A stretch of 64,000 nt of DNA. Source: Candidatus Cloacimonadota bacterium (GTDB taxonomy: Bacteria > UBA4055). A model generated the notes under the pieces. That model ran no database searches. It saw only the letters and a program-made list of their open reading frames with translations, and was not told the DNA's origin. Shown here in pieces: positions 9,720 to 19,674 of the stretch. The stretch lies in NCBI GenBank assembly GCA_002742935.1, contig PDON01000064.1:8514-72513 (forward strand), read 5' to 3'. The translations under genes and the position numbers were made by a program. Each line of letters starts with the position of its first letter. The first letter of the stretch is position 1.

Positions 9720-11522
9720 TTACTTAACAAGTATCATTTTCTTAGTTTCACTAATACCGTTTACTGAAAGTTTATAGAAATAAACACCAGAATTTAAGCT
9801 TTCTGCATTAAATTCAACAGAGTGATAACCGCTACTCATATCCTTATCTACAAGAGTACTAACAAGCTCACCGTTTGAGTTGAAAACAGCTAAATTAACA
9901 GCTGATCTACTTGAAGTATTAAAGCTTATAGTAGTTGTAGGATTAAATGGATTTGGATAGTTTTGTGAAAGAGTGAACTCTTTTACACTATTGAATTCAT
10001 CAATTGAAGAGTTTAAAGCAATTGAAACATCATCAATATACCAATCATTTATTTGATAAGAGTCTCCTGAGAACATAAAAGCAAGATAAAATGTTTCAGA
10101 TCCAACATGATCATTTGAAATCTCTGTAGAGAATAGTTCCGGTCCTATATCTTGACCAGGGAAAGTATGAGCAACCTCCCAGTTTTCCATATCTGTAGAA
10201 GTAACTATTTTACACTCATAGCCAGGACCATAATAGTCAATCATATTGTTAAAAGCAATAGATATAGAACTTTTTCCTGATGTGTCTAAAGGCCTAGTTA
10301 TAAGGTATTGATCACCAACAGTTTGAGGAGACCATCCAAACTTAGCCTCAGGTGCTGTCCCACCGGCATAATTTGCATATGAAGCTCTCCAATTTTCACC
10401 TTGAACAGTCCACCCTTCAGGAGGAAAGTTTTCAAAGGTTTCAAGTAGTAATGTTGAGTTTGGAATAAAGCTAACTGTATTTGATACGGCCTCTAACCCG
10501 GCTCCTACATTATTATTAGCTACAACGGTGTAACTATAGTTTCCGGCTAGTGTTATAGAGTTGTCTGAAAAGGATGTAGTCATACCTTCTAAAGTAAACT
10601 CTTCACCATCATTTCTAGTAATAGTATAAGAGGTTATAGAGTTTTCTACATAGTATCCGTTATGTGCTCCAACCATTGGATTTGTCCAACTTAGATCAGC
10701 AACTCCATTATTATCAACTAAGTTAAGCCCGGTAACCATTCCCGGAGCATCTTCACCAATATAAACTGTTTTAGAGCAAGGAATTCCTTTGCCTGCTTCA
10801 TTAACACATTGAATTTTATAGATATGTAAACCCTCTTCAGAAATAGAGTTGTCCGTATAACTCATTTCTGCTCCTACCTCAGGAGATTCAAAGCTATTAA
10901 CTAACTCTCCATCCAAGTAAAGGTTAATATTTGATATTGAAGGCAAAGGAGCTTGACCTATTGTTTGAGAAGGGTTTGTCCAAGAAAGATCTACGCTAAG
11001 AGCTCCTTCTCCATCAGGAGTTACTGAAAAGTTACTTGGAGCTAATGGAGCTGCACTATCATACATTCCATTCATTGCAAGCTTCAATTGTTGCTCAAAA
11101 TTTGTAGAGTTAGAATTGTAGTAAACTTTGTAATCCTTACCTATAATTCCAAACATAGGAACATATCCGTTATCAAAGCCACCTATATTATTGTATAAAG
11201 GTACCGATATAGGATAGTTTTGATTTTCCCAATTTTCAGTACAAACCCAAAAAGATCTTCCTGCCCACTCAGTCCCTGAGTTGGTACCGTAAGTATTTTC
11301 CCACATCTGTTGTAAAACCGGCGCCGCCGATACACAACCACCTCAACCACTGCTTCCCCAGAAGATTAGAACGACCTTCTCTTGATCAACCTGCTCATAG
11401 ATTGATGTTTCTAAACCATCCTCTGTAGTAAAGCTAATGTTTTCGCATACATCTCCTATAGCATATTCTGCTGAAAGGAGAGAAGCCAAAACCATTAAAA
11501 ATGAAATTAAAACTTTCTTCAT
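9720..11522 (-). CDS. Secreted TlpA-like thioredoxin-fold selenoprotein (UGGC motif) with Fn3/beta-sandwich domains and a T9SS C-terminal domain; paralog 2. The ORF track shows only 9720..11306
   Basis: ATG at 11522 has an AGGAG RBS and is followed by signal peptide MKKVLISFLMVLASLLSAEYA. A single in-frame TGA at 11345..11343 is again codon 60, in the context VVLIFWGSSG-U-GGCVSAAPVL. The same T9SS tail is present. The protein is about 70% identical to paralog 1. Confidence 0.55.
11306..11345 (-). promoter_or_regulatory. Candidate SECIS element 3' of the UGA of paralog 2
   Basis: UGA-GGU-GGU-UGU-GUA-UCG-GCG-GCG-CCG conserves the same rare GC-rich codons (tcg gcg gcg ccg) as paralog 1. Confidence 0.3.
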
Positions 11523-11687
11523 AGAAGTCTCCTAAAAATTATACCAACAAAAACTAAGTATGGAATGAAACAATAAAAACTATACATTTGCAAGTGAAAA
11601 ACTAAAAAAAATAACTTTAAATTTGAAAACATTAACATTATATTTAAGTAGATTTTATTTTGTTTTTTTTAAGAAACTGGTGGTGTA

Positions 11688-13781
11688 ATGGTGAAATACT
11701 GGAAAATTGTAGTGAAGATATCTCTCTTCATGGCTTTGGTTGGCTGTGCTTTTGAGAATCAACTTTTTTTTGGAGTTGAAAAAGCGGAACTCAAAATACC
11801 TTTTGGTAAAAAGAGATATGATTTTGTAAGAATGAATGATGATGCAGACTTAGAAGAGATGGAGATTGGAGGTAATCTAAAAATTGAGACAATACATGAT
11901 TCAGCTGTTTTAGCAATTTACAAGATAAAAATAGATGGAGAGTCTAATGAAAAACAGTTTCGATTTAATGAGACTGTTCTACCATTTACTGAAGTTCCTG
12001 CTATAACTAAATCTTCCAGTGTTAGCATATACAGTAGCGAAAATCCAGAACTAAAGTGGGCAAAGGTAAATAACGGATCTCTTTACATCAGTATTGAAAA
12101 TCAGTTCGGAGATTTATCATTTTCAAAGATAAGATTTTCGTTGAAAAATAACGAAAGCTCTTTTGATCCAGACCTAAATGTTTCATCATTTCTTATTTTA
12201 AGGGATTCGATATCAGATCTTATGCCGGGTGAAACAAAAAACTATTTTAAGGATCTAAAAAATGAATGGATTACTGATAATATGGAACTTGAAGTAGCCT
12301 ATATCAACAACTCTCTTTCGGCAGATCAAAATGTTAATGGTGTAGATTCTTCCCAATTTATCCGATTTAACTATAGTATTACAAATTGTTCTTTTGACAG
12401 TAGTAAGGTTCTGTTTAGTAATAAAACCGTAGAGCATGATACTTCATACGCATTTAATATCAAAAATATAAATCCTAGATTTATTGAAACAAAAGATGCT
12501 GAAATTAGAGTTATAGTAGATAATGAAAGTCCATTTTTAATTGGGATAGAACCTCAAATGGATTCTCTTTACAGTCTAAACACTAATTCTATTTATGAGT
12601 TTGATAGCATAATGGTGGGAGCACACGAAAAAAGTAGATCAAAATTTAATATTGAAAATACAAAGCTTCTTTTTAATTCAGAAACAAAAGAGACAGGTTT
12701 TAAATATAAAATAAACCTAAAATCTCCCGATAATAGTGAATATTTAAGATTTTCTCAGTCCGATAGTACTTTTCTTAAGCTTATAATAACAGGGATATCG
12801 GAAGGTTTTGAGAATGAAAGGGATTTTGGAGTTAGCAAAATAGATGGCTCTTTTGTCTCAAAAGATATTGAACTTGAAGAATCAAAGTCTGAGATTGATG
12901 TAGATTGGAGCGAGTTTGAGGGCTTTCATGTAGATTCCATAGGTGTGAACCTTTCTTTAGATATTTTGAGAGAAGGTTTTACAATGGATAAAATTGAGAT
13001 AGATACTCTTTATTTAAGAGGTCTGAAAAAAAGTGGGGAGCTTAGCGATCTTTACAATATTGAGATTCCAACTTTAGAGAATTTTAGTGATACAACTATT
13101 AGGGTAACGGGTTTTGAGGATCTTATAAACTTTAAACCAGACTCTATATTCTATTCGGGAAAAGCTGTTTTTGACTACAATGGAACAATAAATGACAGTG
13201 ATAAAATTAAGCTAAATATTGAGTTTGGGGTTCCTGTTCAAGGAGTAGTTGAGGATACAATAAAAAGATCTGGTGATGTTGAAACAATTGAGGCTTTTAA
13301 CAAAGATGATGGTAATATCCACTATAAAATTGATGATCTTATACTGGATGCTTTTCTAAATTATCAGCTAACAAATAAAGATTCCGATAATGTTGAATTC
13401 TGGGCTGAAATTGAGGTTCTGTTTTCTGAAACAGCAACGGAAACATTTGACAGGGGAAAAGATTCATTAACAGGTGATATTAAAACTCTATTTAAAGCTA
13501 GAGTGAGGAACGACAATATTAATGAGCATGGTTATTATCTTTCAGACCCTTCAATAAATCCTCAATTTATAGGTGATGGATATTTTGTTGACAATGAAGG
13601 TATTCATGTAAATGGAGAACTTGCAAATAAAATTATAAACAAAGATACATATGTTCAGCCTGTGTTTAGGATATTTCCAACTAATCCCGGGAAGTATATA
13701 AAGATGAGTATTGATGATTATATTGATGTACAGCTTAAAGCTAATGCGAAAGTTACAATTAAGTACGAACATAATAATTAA
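11688..13781 (+). CDS. Large lipoprotein, hypothetical
   Basis: A lipobox-like LVGC follows an N-terminal hydrophobic stretch. The 697-aa protein is Asn/Ser/Asp-rich with no known motif. It is divergent from the selenoprotein pair. Confidence 0.45.
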   Translation: MVKYWKIVVKISLFMALVGCAFENQLFFGVEKAELKIPFGKKRYDFVRMNDDADLEEMEIGGNLKIETIHDSAVLAIYKIKIDGESNEKQFRFNETVLPFTEVPAITKSSSVSIYSSENPELKWAKVNNGSLYISIENQFGDLSFSKIRFSLKNNESSFDPDLNVSSFLILRDSISDLMPGETKNYFKDLKNEWITDNMELEVAYINNSLSADQNVNGVDSSQFIRFNYSITNCSFDSSKVLFSNKTVEHDTSYAFNIKNINPRFIETKDAEIRVIVDNESPFLIGIEPQMDSLYSLNTNSIYEFDSIMVGAHEKSRSKFNIENTKLLFNSETKETGFKYKINLKSPDNSEYLRFSQSDSTFLKLIITGISEGFENERDFGVSKIDGSFVSKDIELEESKSEIDVDWSEFEGFHVDSIGVNLSLDILREGFTMDKIEIDTLYLRGLKKSGELSDLYNIEIPTLENFSDTTIRVTGFEDLINFKPDSIFYSGKAVFDYNGTINDSDKIKLNIEFGVPVQGVVEDTIKRSGDVETIEAFNKDDGNIHYKIDDLILDAFLNYQLTNKDSDNVEFWAEIEVLFSETATETFDRGKDSLTGDIKTLFKARVRNDNINEHGYYLSDPSINPQFIGDGYFVDNEGIHVNGELANKIINKDTYVQPVFRIFPTNPGKYIKMSIDDYIDVQLKANAKVTIKYEHNN

Positions 13782-13808
13782 AAAATAAAATTAGGAAACG
13801 GATAAGCT

Positions 13809-15095
13809 ATGCTGAGATATATAATTTTAACTCTTATATTTTTCACGGCTATTGAAGCACAACAATTCAGTATAAAAAACTTTTCACTATCATCATCTGA
13901 TATGATAAATATTCAGAGTGATGAAGTAAACGGGCTAAATCCTGCACTACCAAATTTCAACCAAAACGGGAACTATTATATAAGCTTTATACCTGTAGCG
14001 TTAAACAACAGCTTTTTAATGGATTATAAGGAAAAACAGTTTGATAATGCAGAGCTAATGCTTACAAAAAAAACTATTAATGATATGATAAACATGGCAG
14101 ATTACGGGTGGAAATGGAGAGAAAAATATAGAGCTTCTATTTTTTCCATGGGTTTCTACAATCAATCAATTTCTATTTCAACAAACTCTATGGCTACATT
14201 AAACCTCCCTGTAGATCTTTTAAAAGTTCTAAGAGGTTACGATTATAACAAGGAGTATGGTTTCAATGATTTTGGTTTAGAAATTTTGCACTATATTTCA
14301 TTTGAATATTCATACTCATTTGATCTTTCAACACTATTTGATCCTCAAAAAATAGGATTGAACAGAGCCTCTTTGGGAATAGGGGCAAGAGTTTTATACT
14401 CTCCTAGATACTATTCAGCAGAAAGTTTGTCTGGGTCGTTAACAATAAATGATGAAAACTCTTCCAATCCCGGAACTATAAATTTAGATACGCAGGTAGA
14501 AATTTTTAATTCCTTTGGAGGTATTGGTAAGGGGTTTGATTTTGGTTTTGCAGGAGAGGTAAATGAAAGCTTTAAAATAGGAGCATCACTTACGAATCTC
14601 TTTGCATCCATTTATTTCAATACTGACAATAAAACAAGAAGGCATGGTCTAATTGTAAACGATTATCTCGACTATACAGAGTTTGATAGTGACTCCATAA
14701 TAACATCAACAGAAATAGATGAGAAAGTAAAAGAGGATAAAAGAACTGTATCTTTGCCGGTTAAGTTTTCTCTGGCTTTTTCATATGACTACATAACAGA
14801 AAATAATTGTTTTACAATTACATCATCATACATTCAGGGTTTTGAAGATAGATTGGATATATCCTCTATACCACAAATTAATATAGGGGTAGAGTACTCA
14901 TATATTGATCATGATTGGATTAAACTTAGACAGGGTTTTAGTTTTGGAGGGAATGAGAGAACTGCATTTGCTTCTGGATTAAATTTTAATTTTTCATACT
15001 ATGAAATTGATTTAGCAGTAGCTTATCAACTGTTTGGTGAAAGTTCAGAGTTTAGAACAACAGGTTTATCCCTTTCTCAAAAATTTAAATTTTAA
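13809..15095 (+). CDS. Outer-membrane beta-barrel protein; possibly a T9SS-associated PorV/PorP-like barrel, which is speculative
   Basis: It has a signal peptide, alternating amphipathic beta-strand character and a C-terminal ...KFKF (terminal Phe), typical of OMPs. It is co-oriented and adjacent to the lipoprotein gene. Confidence 0.4.
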   Translation: MLRYIILTLIFFTAIEAQQFSIKNFSLSSSDMINIQSDEVNGLNPALPNFNQNGNYYISFIPVALNNSFLMDYKEKQFDNAELMLTKKTINDMINMADYGWKWREKYRASIFSMGFYNQSISISTNSMATLNLPVDLLKVLRGYDYNKEYGFNDFGLEILHYISFEYSYSFDLSTLFDPQKIGLNRASLGIGARVLYSPRYYSAESLSGSLTINDENSSNPGTINLDTQVEIFNSFGGIGKGFDFGFAGEVNESFKIGASLTNLFASIYFNTDNKTRRHGLIVNDYLDYTEFDSDSIITSTEIDEKVKEDKRTVSLPVKFSLAFSYDYITENNCFTITSSYIQGFEDRLDISSIPQINIGVEYSYIDHDWIKLRQGFSFGGNERTAFASGLNFNFSYYEIDLAVAYQLFGESSEFRTTGLSLSQKFKF

Positions 15096-15181
15096 TGCTT
15101 TAAAGGGGAAAGTTTTAACTTTCCCGTAACTTTGAAAGAATCCATTTTTTTTAGATTCTAAATATAAACTTAAAGTATTTG

Positions 15182-15213
15182 TTACAGTAATAACACCTGT
15201 TGTTATCACTGTA
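15182..15213. promoter_or_regulatory. Inverted repeat, a candidate operator upstream of the rnf operon
   Basis: ttacagtaataaca-cctg-ttgttatcactgtaa pairs at 12 of 14 bp per arm and lies about 240 bp upstream of rnfC. Confidence 0.25.
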
Positions 15214-15453
15214 ACAAATAGTCGTGCTTTAGCTTAAATTATCAATTGACATTATCTTCTTTAATCATTACTTTAGTGGCTGATTATATGATTAAAGTTA
15301 TTATTTTGTTAAAATTTAAAACTGAACTTTAAGGGGAAATATTTTAGAAAATAGTTATTTTTATACTACAAAAGCAACAAATCTCCGTAAGTTTAATAGT
15401 TCTGTTTCGTAACTTTGATTAATTAGAGCATTGGTACTAGAAGATAAATTAAA

Positions 15454-16785
15454 ATGGAGACTTTTATGGGTTACACTTTTAAAGGAGGATATCACCCACC
15501 TGATGGTAAGAGTCTTTCTGAACACTGTAAAATTGAACAGATTCCTCAACCGGATACTGTTGCTATTCATCTTTCCCAACATATAGGAGCACCTTCAAAG
15601 CCTATTGTTTCCATAGGTGAGGAGGTAAAAGTTGGGCAACCTCTAAGTGAAGCAGCAGGATTTGTATCAATTCCTGTTCATTCTTCGGTTTCCGGAAAGG
15701 TTAAGGCTATAGCAAAAATAGCTGATTCAAATGGAGTAAAACATGATGCTGTCATAATAGAAAATGATAAAGAGGATACTCTTTTTGAGGGTGTTGGTGT
15801 CAAGAGAGATTACTCAGATTTTACACCTGATGATATGAGAAAAATAATTGGAGCTTCAGGAGTTGCGGGAATGGGTGGAGCAAGATTCCCTACTCATGTA
15901 AAACTTTCAGTTCCCAAAGATAAAAAGATAACTCATGTTATTCTAAATGGTGTTGAGTGTGAACCATATCTAACAGCAGATGACAGACTTATGCAGGAAA
16001 CTCCTGAAACTATTGTTGAAGGTCTTCTCATAATGATGAAAATATGTAATGCTGAAAATGGTATTATAGGTATTGAGCTTAATAAACCAAAAGCTATTGA
16101 AACAATGGAAAAAGCTGTAGCTAACATACCAAATGTTAAGATAATAGGTTGTAAAGTGAAATATCCTCAAGGAGGGGAGAAGCAACTTATAGTAGCTGCT
16201 CTTGGTAAAGAGGTTCCTTCAGGAGGATTACCTATGGATGTTGGAGCCGTTGTTTCCAATGTTGGTACTGCACACTGTATATATGAAGCCATTGCTCTTG
16301 GAAAGCCTTTGTATGAAAGAGTTGTAACTGTAACCGGAGAAGGTGTTAATTCTCCTAAAAATATACTTGCTAAAATTGGAACTCCTGTAAAAAATCTTGT
16401 TGATTATGCAGGTGGTCTCAAGGAGGATATTCACAAAGTTATTAATGGTGGGCCTATGATGGGAGCTTCTATGTCAGATCTTCTATCTCCTGTTCATAAA
16501 GGAACCTCCGGTGTTTTATGTATTACAAAAGCTGATGGTGAACTTCTGGAAGAGCAACCATGTTTGAGTTGTGGTAAATGTGTAACTGTTTGTCCTATGA
16601 GACTTGTTCCTTGTAGTATGGCAACTTTGGTTGAGTTTGGAAAATATGAAGAGGCTCAAAAACTTGGAATAATGGATTGTATAAGTTGTGGAACTTGTGC
16701 TTATGTATGTCCATCTAAGAGAAATCTTGTTCACTATTTTATTCGTGGCAAGGGTGAAGTAATGAAAATGAAAACAACTAGGTAG
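15454..16785 (+). CDS. rnfC: Rnf complex subunit C (NADH-binding, 2x[4Fe-4S])
   Basis: It contains CLSCGKCVTVCP and CISCGTCAYVCP ferredoxin motifs. It sits in the rnfCDGEAB order. Confidence 0.85.
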   Translation: METFMGYTFKGGYHPPDGKSLSEHCKIEQIPQPDTVAIHLSQHIGAPSKPIVSIGEEVKVGQPLSEAAGFVSIPVHSSVSGKVKAIAKIADSNGVKHDAVIIENDKEDTLFEGVGVKRDYSDFTPDDMRKIIGASGVAGMGGARFPTHVKLSVPKDKKITHVILNGVECEPYLTADDRLMQETPETIVEGLLIMMKICNAENGIIGIELNKPKAIETMEKAVANIPNVKIIGCKVKYPQGGEKQLIVAALGKEVPSGGLPMDVGAVVSNVGTAHCIYEAIALGKPLYERVVTVTGEGVNSPKNILAKIGTPVKNLVDYAGGLKEDIHKVINGGPMMGASMSDLLSPVHKGTSGVLCITKADGELLEEQPCLSCGKCVTVCPMRLVPCSMATLVEFGKYEEAQKLGIMDCISCGTCAYVCPSKRNLVHYFIRGKGEVMKMKTTR

Positions 16786-16793
16786 AGTTATAA

Positions 16794-17843
16794 ATGGATA
16801 AAAAACTTGTAGTATCGGCAAATCCCCATTTGAGGAATACCGATTCGATAGCAAAGGTTATGCATACTGTAAATATTGCTCTTTTGCCTGCTATATTTAT
16901 GTCTGCGTACTATTTTGGATTTAGAGCTATTCTCGTAATTCTCGTAAGTGTTCTGTCTGCGGTAGTTACAGAAGCTTTAATCCAAAAATTTAGAAAGAAG
17001 CCCATTACTGTTTCAGACGGATCTGCAATTTTGACAGGTATTTTATTAGCTTTTAATGTTCCTCCTCAAATACCACTTTGGATAGTAGCGTTAGGTTCAT
17101 TCTTTGCCATTGGAATAGTTAAACAAGCTTTTGGTGGAGTTGGATTTAATATTTTAAACCCTGCTTTGGCAGGAAGAGCTTTTCTTTTGGCTTCTTGGCC
17201 TGTTCAAATGACAACAACTTGGTCTTCTGCAGGTGGTAGATTTGCTTCCAAAGCAAGTGAGAAGGCTATGGAAATTGGAGGAGCTTTTGATGCTCTTACT
17301 CAAGCTACACCACTAAATGTAATGAAATCTGTAAACAAAATTATAAGTGAATCACCTGAAGGTTCTGCTAAGGCTGCTCAAGCTGTTGAGATAATGAGTG
17401 GATTAAAAGATTCATATTTAGATCTTTTGACAGGTAATGTAGCAGGGTGTATTGGTGAAACATCTGCTATAGCACTTTTAATAGGAGCTTCAATACTTTT
17501 TTACAAAGGATACATAACTTGGAGAATTCCGACAGCTTATATTTTGACCGTGATTATATTAGCACTTATAATTCCGGGACAAGATCCAATATTACATCTT
17601 CTTTCCGGAGGTTTAATTCTTGGTGCATTCTTTATGGCAACCGATATGGTTACTTCACCTGTTACTCCAAGTGGAATGATATATTTTGGTATAGGTTGTG
17701 GTATCTTCACAGTTCTCATAAGAGTTTGGGGTGGATATCCTGAAGGTGTTTCATACAGTATTTTACTTATGAATGTTGTATCTCCATTAATTGACAGATA
17801 TACAACTCCGAAAAAATTTGGTTTCATAAAAAAATCTAAATAG
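16794..17843 (+). CDS. rnfD: Rnf complex subunit D
   Basis: This is a polytopic membrane protein of the NqrB/RnfD family and is second gene of the rnf cluster. Confidence 0.85.
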   Translation: MDKKLVVSANPHLRNTDSIAKVMHTVNIALLPAIFMSAYYFGFRAILVILVSVLSAVVTEALIQKFRKKPITVSDGSAILTGILLAFNVPPQIPLWIVALGSFFAIGIVKQAFGGVGFNILNPALAGRAFLLASWPVQMTTTWSSAGGRFASKASEKAMEIGGAFDALTQATPLNVMKSVNKIISESPEGSAKAAQAVEIMSGLKDSYLDLLTGNVAGCIGETSAIALLIGASILFYKGYITWRIPTAYILTVIILALIIPGQDPILHLLSGGLILGAFFMATDMVTSPVTPSGMIYFGIGCGIFTVLIRVWGGYPEGVSYSILLMNVVSPLIDRYTTPKKFGFIKKSK

Positions 17844-17854
17844 AAGGTAAGAAG

Positions 17855-18433
17855 ATGGGAAATATATTTAAAATGTCCGCAACTCTTTTTTTGGTAGCCG
17901 GATTAGCCTCAGGACTTCTGGCTTTCTACAGCTCAATGACTAGCCCTGTAATTAAGGAGCTTTCCTTAAAGAAGGAGACTGAAGCAAGAACCTATGTTGT
18001 TCCAAAGTCGGTTAAGGAGTTTGAAGAGATAAAAAAGGATAATATTACATACTACAAAGCCAAAGATGATAAAGGTTCTCTAATAGGATATGTTTTCTTA
18101 GCTAAAGGACCCGGCTTTTCCGGTGATGTAGAAACTATGGTTGGGGTTGACCCTAATTTTAAAATCTTTGGTGTTAAAGTAATTAAGCAAACTGAAACTC
18201 CGGGTCTTGGAGCTGAAACTCAGGTAGTAAAATATGGAGATACAAAACCTTTCTTTGAATCATGGTTTGAGGGTGTCAACTCTATAAATGTAGTGGTTGA
18301 GAAGGATAATGCAAATTCAAAAGATAAGGTTCAATCCATAACAGGAGCCACAATTACTACAAGAGCTGTATGTAATGCTATAAACAAATACTCTAAACTT
18401 GTTAAAGAAGATCTTCAAGAAGGGGGTATGTAA
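17855..18433 (+). CDS. rnfG: Rnf complex subunit G (FMN-binding)
   Basis: It has the SITGATITTRAV FMN-attachment motif. Confidence 0.8.
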   Translation: MGNIFKMSATLFLVAGLASGLLAFYSSMTSPVIKELSLKKETEARTYVVPKSVKEFEEIKKDNITYYKAKDDKGSLIGYVFLAKGPGFSGDVETMVGVDPNFKIFGVKVIKQTETPGLGAETQVVKYGDTKPFFESWFEGVNSINVVVEKDNANSKDKVQSITGATITTRAVCNAINKYSKLVKEDLQEGGM

Positions 18434-19050
18434 TGACAATGTTTGAAAATTTAACAAAAGGGTTTATAAAAGAGAATCCCGTTTTGGTTCTTGCTCTTGG
18501 TCTTTGTCCATCTCTAGCCGTAACAACCTCTATTGAGAACGGTTTAGGTATGGGTATGGCATCAACAGCAGTACTTATGGGATCAAGTTCTATAGTATCC
18601 CTACTAAAAAAGTTTATTCCAAGTAGTATAAGGATTCCTATATATATTGTAATTATTGCTACCTTTGTAACAATAATAGATTTAACTCTACAGGCTTATA
18701 TTCCGGCTCTTTCGGAATCATTAGGACTTTTTATACCTCTTATTGTGGTAAATTGTATAATTCTTGGTAGAGCTGAAGCTTTTGCCAGTAAAAACTCTCT
18801 ATTAGATTCTCTTATAGATGCTCTTGGTATGGGTCTTGGTTTCACTTTAGCTCTTGTGCTAATTAGTTCTTTAAGGGAGTTTGCAGGAACAGGAGCTATT
18901 TACGGGTATCCTATATTTCAGATGATGGGGTTAGATTTTAAAGGCTCTATTATGATGATTCTTCCTCCGGGTGGTTTTTTGGCCATGGGATTAATCTTAG
19001 GATTTATGCAGTGGAATAGAATGAGAAAAAAAATTAAAGGAGGTAAATAA
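18433..19050 (+). CDS. rnfE: Rnf complex subunit E
   Basis: This is an NqrD/RnfE-family membrane protein. Confidence 0.8.
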   Translation: MTMFENLTKGFIKENPVLVLALGLCPSLAVTTSIENGLGMGMASTAVLMGSSSIVSLLKKFIPSSIRIPIYIVIIATFVTIIDLTLQAYIPALSESLGLFIPLIVVNCIILGRAEAFASKNSLLDSLIDALGMGLGFTLALVLISSLREFAGTGAIYGYPIFQMMGLDFKGSIMMILPPGGFLAMGLILGFMQWNRMRKKIKGGK

Positions 19051-19655
19051 TGAATTTTTCACATATAATGTTTTTATCTATCTCCTCTATATTTATCTCA
19101 AACTTTGTTCTTATGCAGTTTTTGGGAATATGCCCCTTTATTGGTGTATCAAAAAAGATAGATTCTGCTCTAGGTATGGGTATGGCGGTAATCTTTGTAA
19201 TGACATTGGCATCAACAGTTACCTCTCTCGTACAGAACTATCTGTTAGTTCCCTACAATATGGAGTATCTTCAAACAATATCCTTTATTTTGGTAATTGC
19301 ATCTTTAGTACAATTTACTGAAATGTTTATGAAGAGACATATGCCTGCTCTTTACCAACAACTGGGTATTTTCCTTCCACTAATTACAACAAATTGTGCT
19401 GTTCTTGGTGTAGCTATTCTAAACACAAAATTTCTATGGGATGATGGAACTCCTTTAAGCTTTATAGAGTCTGTTTGGAATGGAGCAATGGCAGGAGTTG
19501 GTTTTACCTTAGCTCTTGTTCTAATGGCAGGTGTTAGGGAGAAGCTTGAGACAGCAGATGTTCCTGAAAGTTTAAAAGGTTTACCAATAACCTACATATC
19601 AGCCTCTCTTATTGCGGTTGCTTTCTTAGGTTTTAGTGGTATGAAAATAATGTAA
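19050..19655 (+). CDS. rnfA: Rnf complex subunit A
   Basis: This is an NqrE/RnfA-family membrane protein. Confidence 0.8.
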   Translation: MNFSHIMFLSISSIFISNFVLMQFLGICPFIGVSKKIDSALGMGMAVIFVMTLASTVTSLVQNYLLVPYNMEYLQTISFILVIASLVQFTEMFMKRHMPALYQQLGIFLPLITTNCAVLGVAILNTKFLWDDGTPLSFIESVWNGAMAGVGFTLALVLMAGVREKLETADVPESLKGLPITYISASLIAVAFLGFSGMKIM

Positions 19656-19674
19656 AGAAAGGTGGAGATAGATT

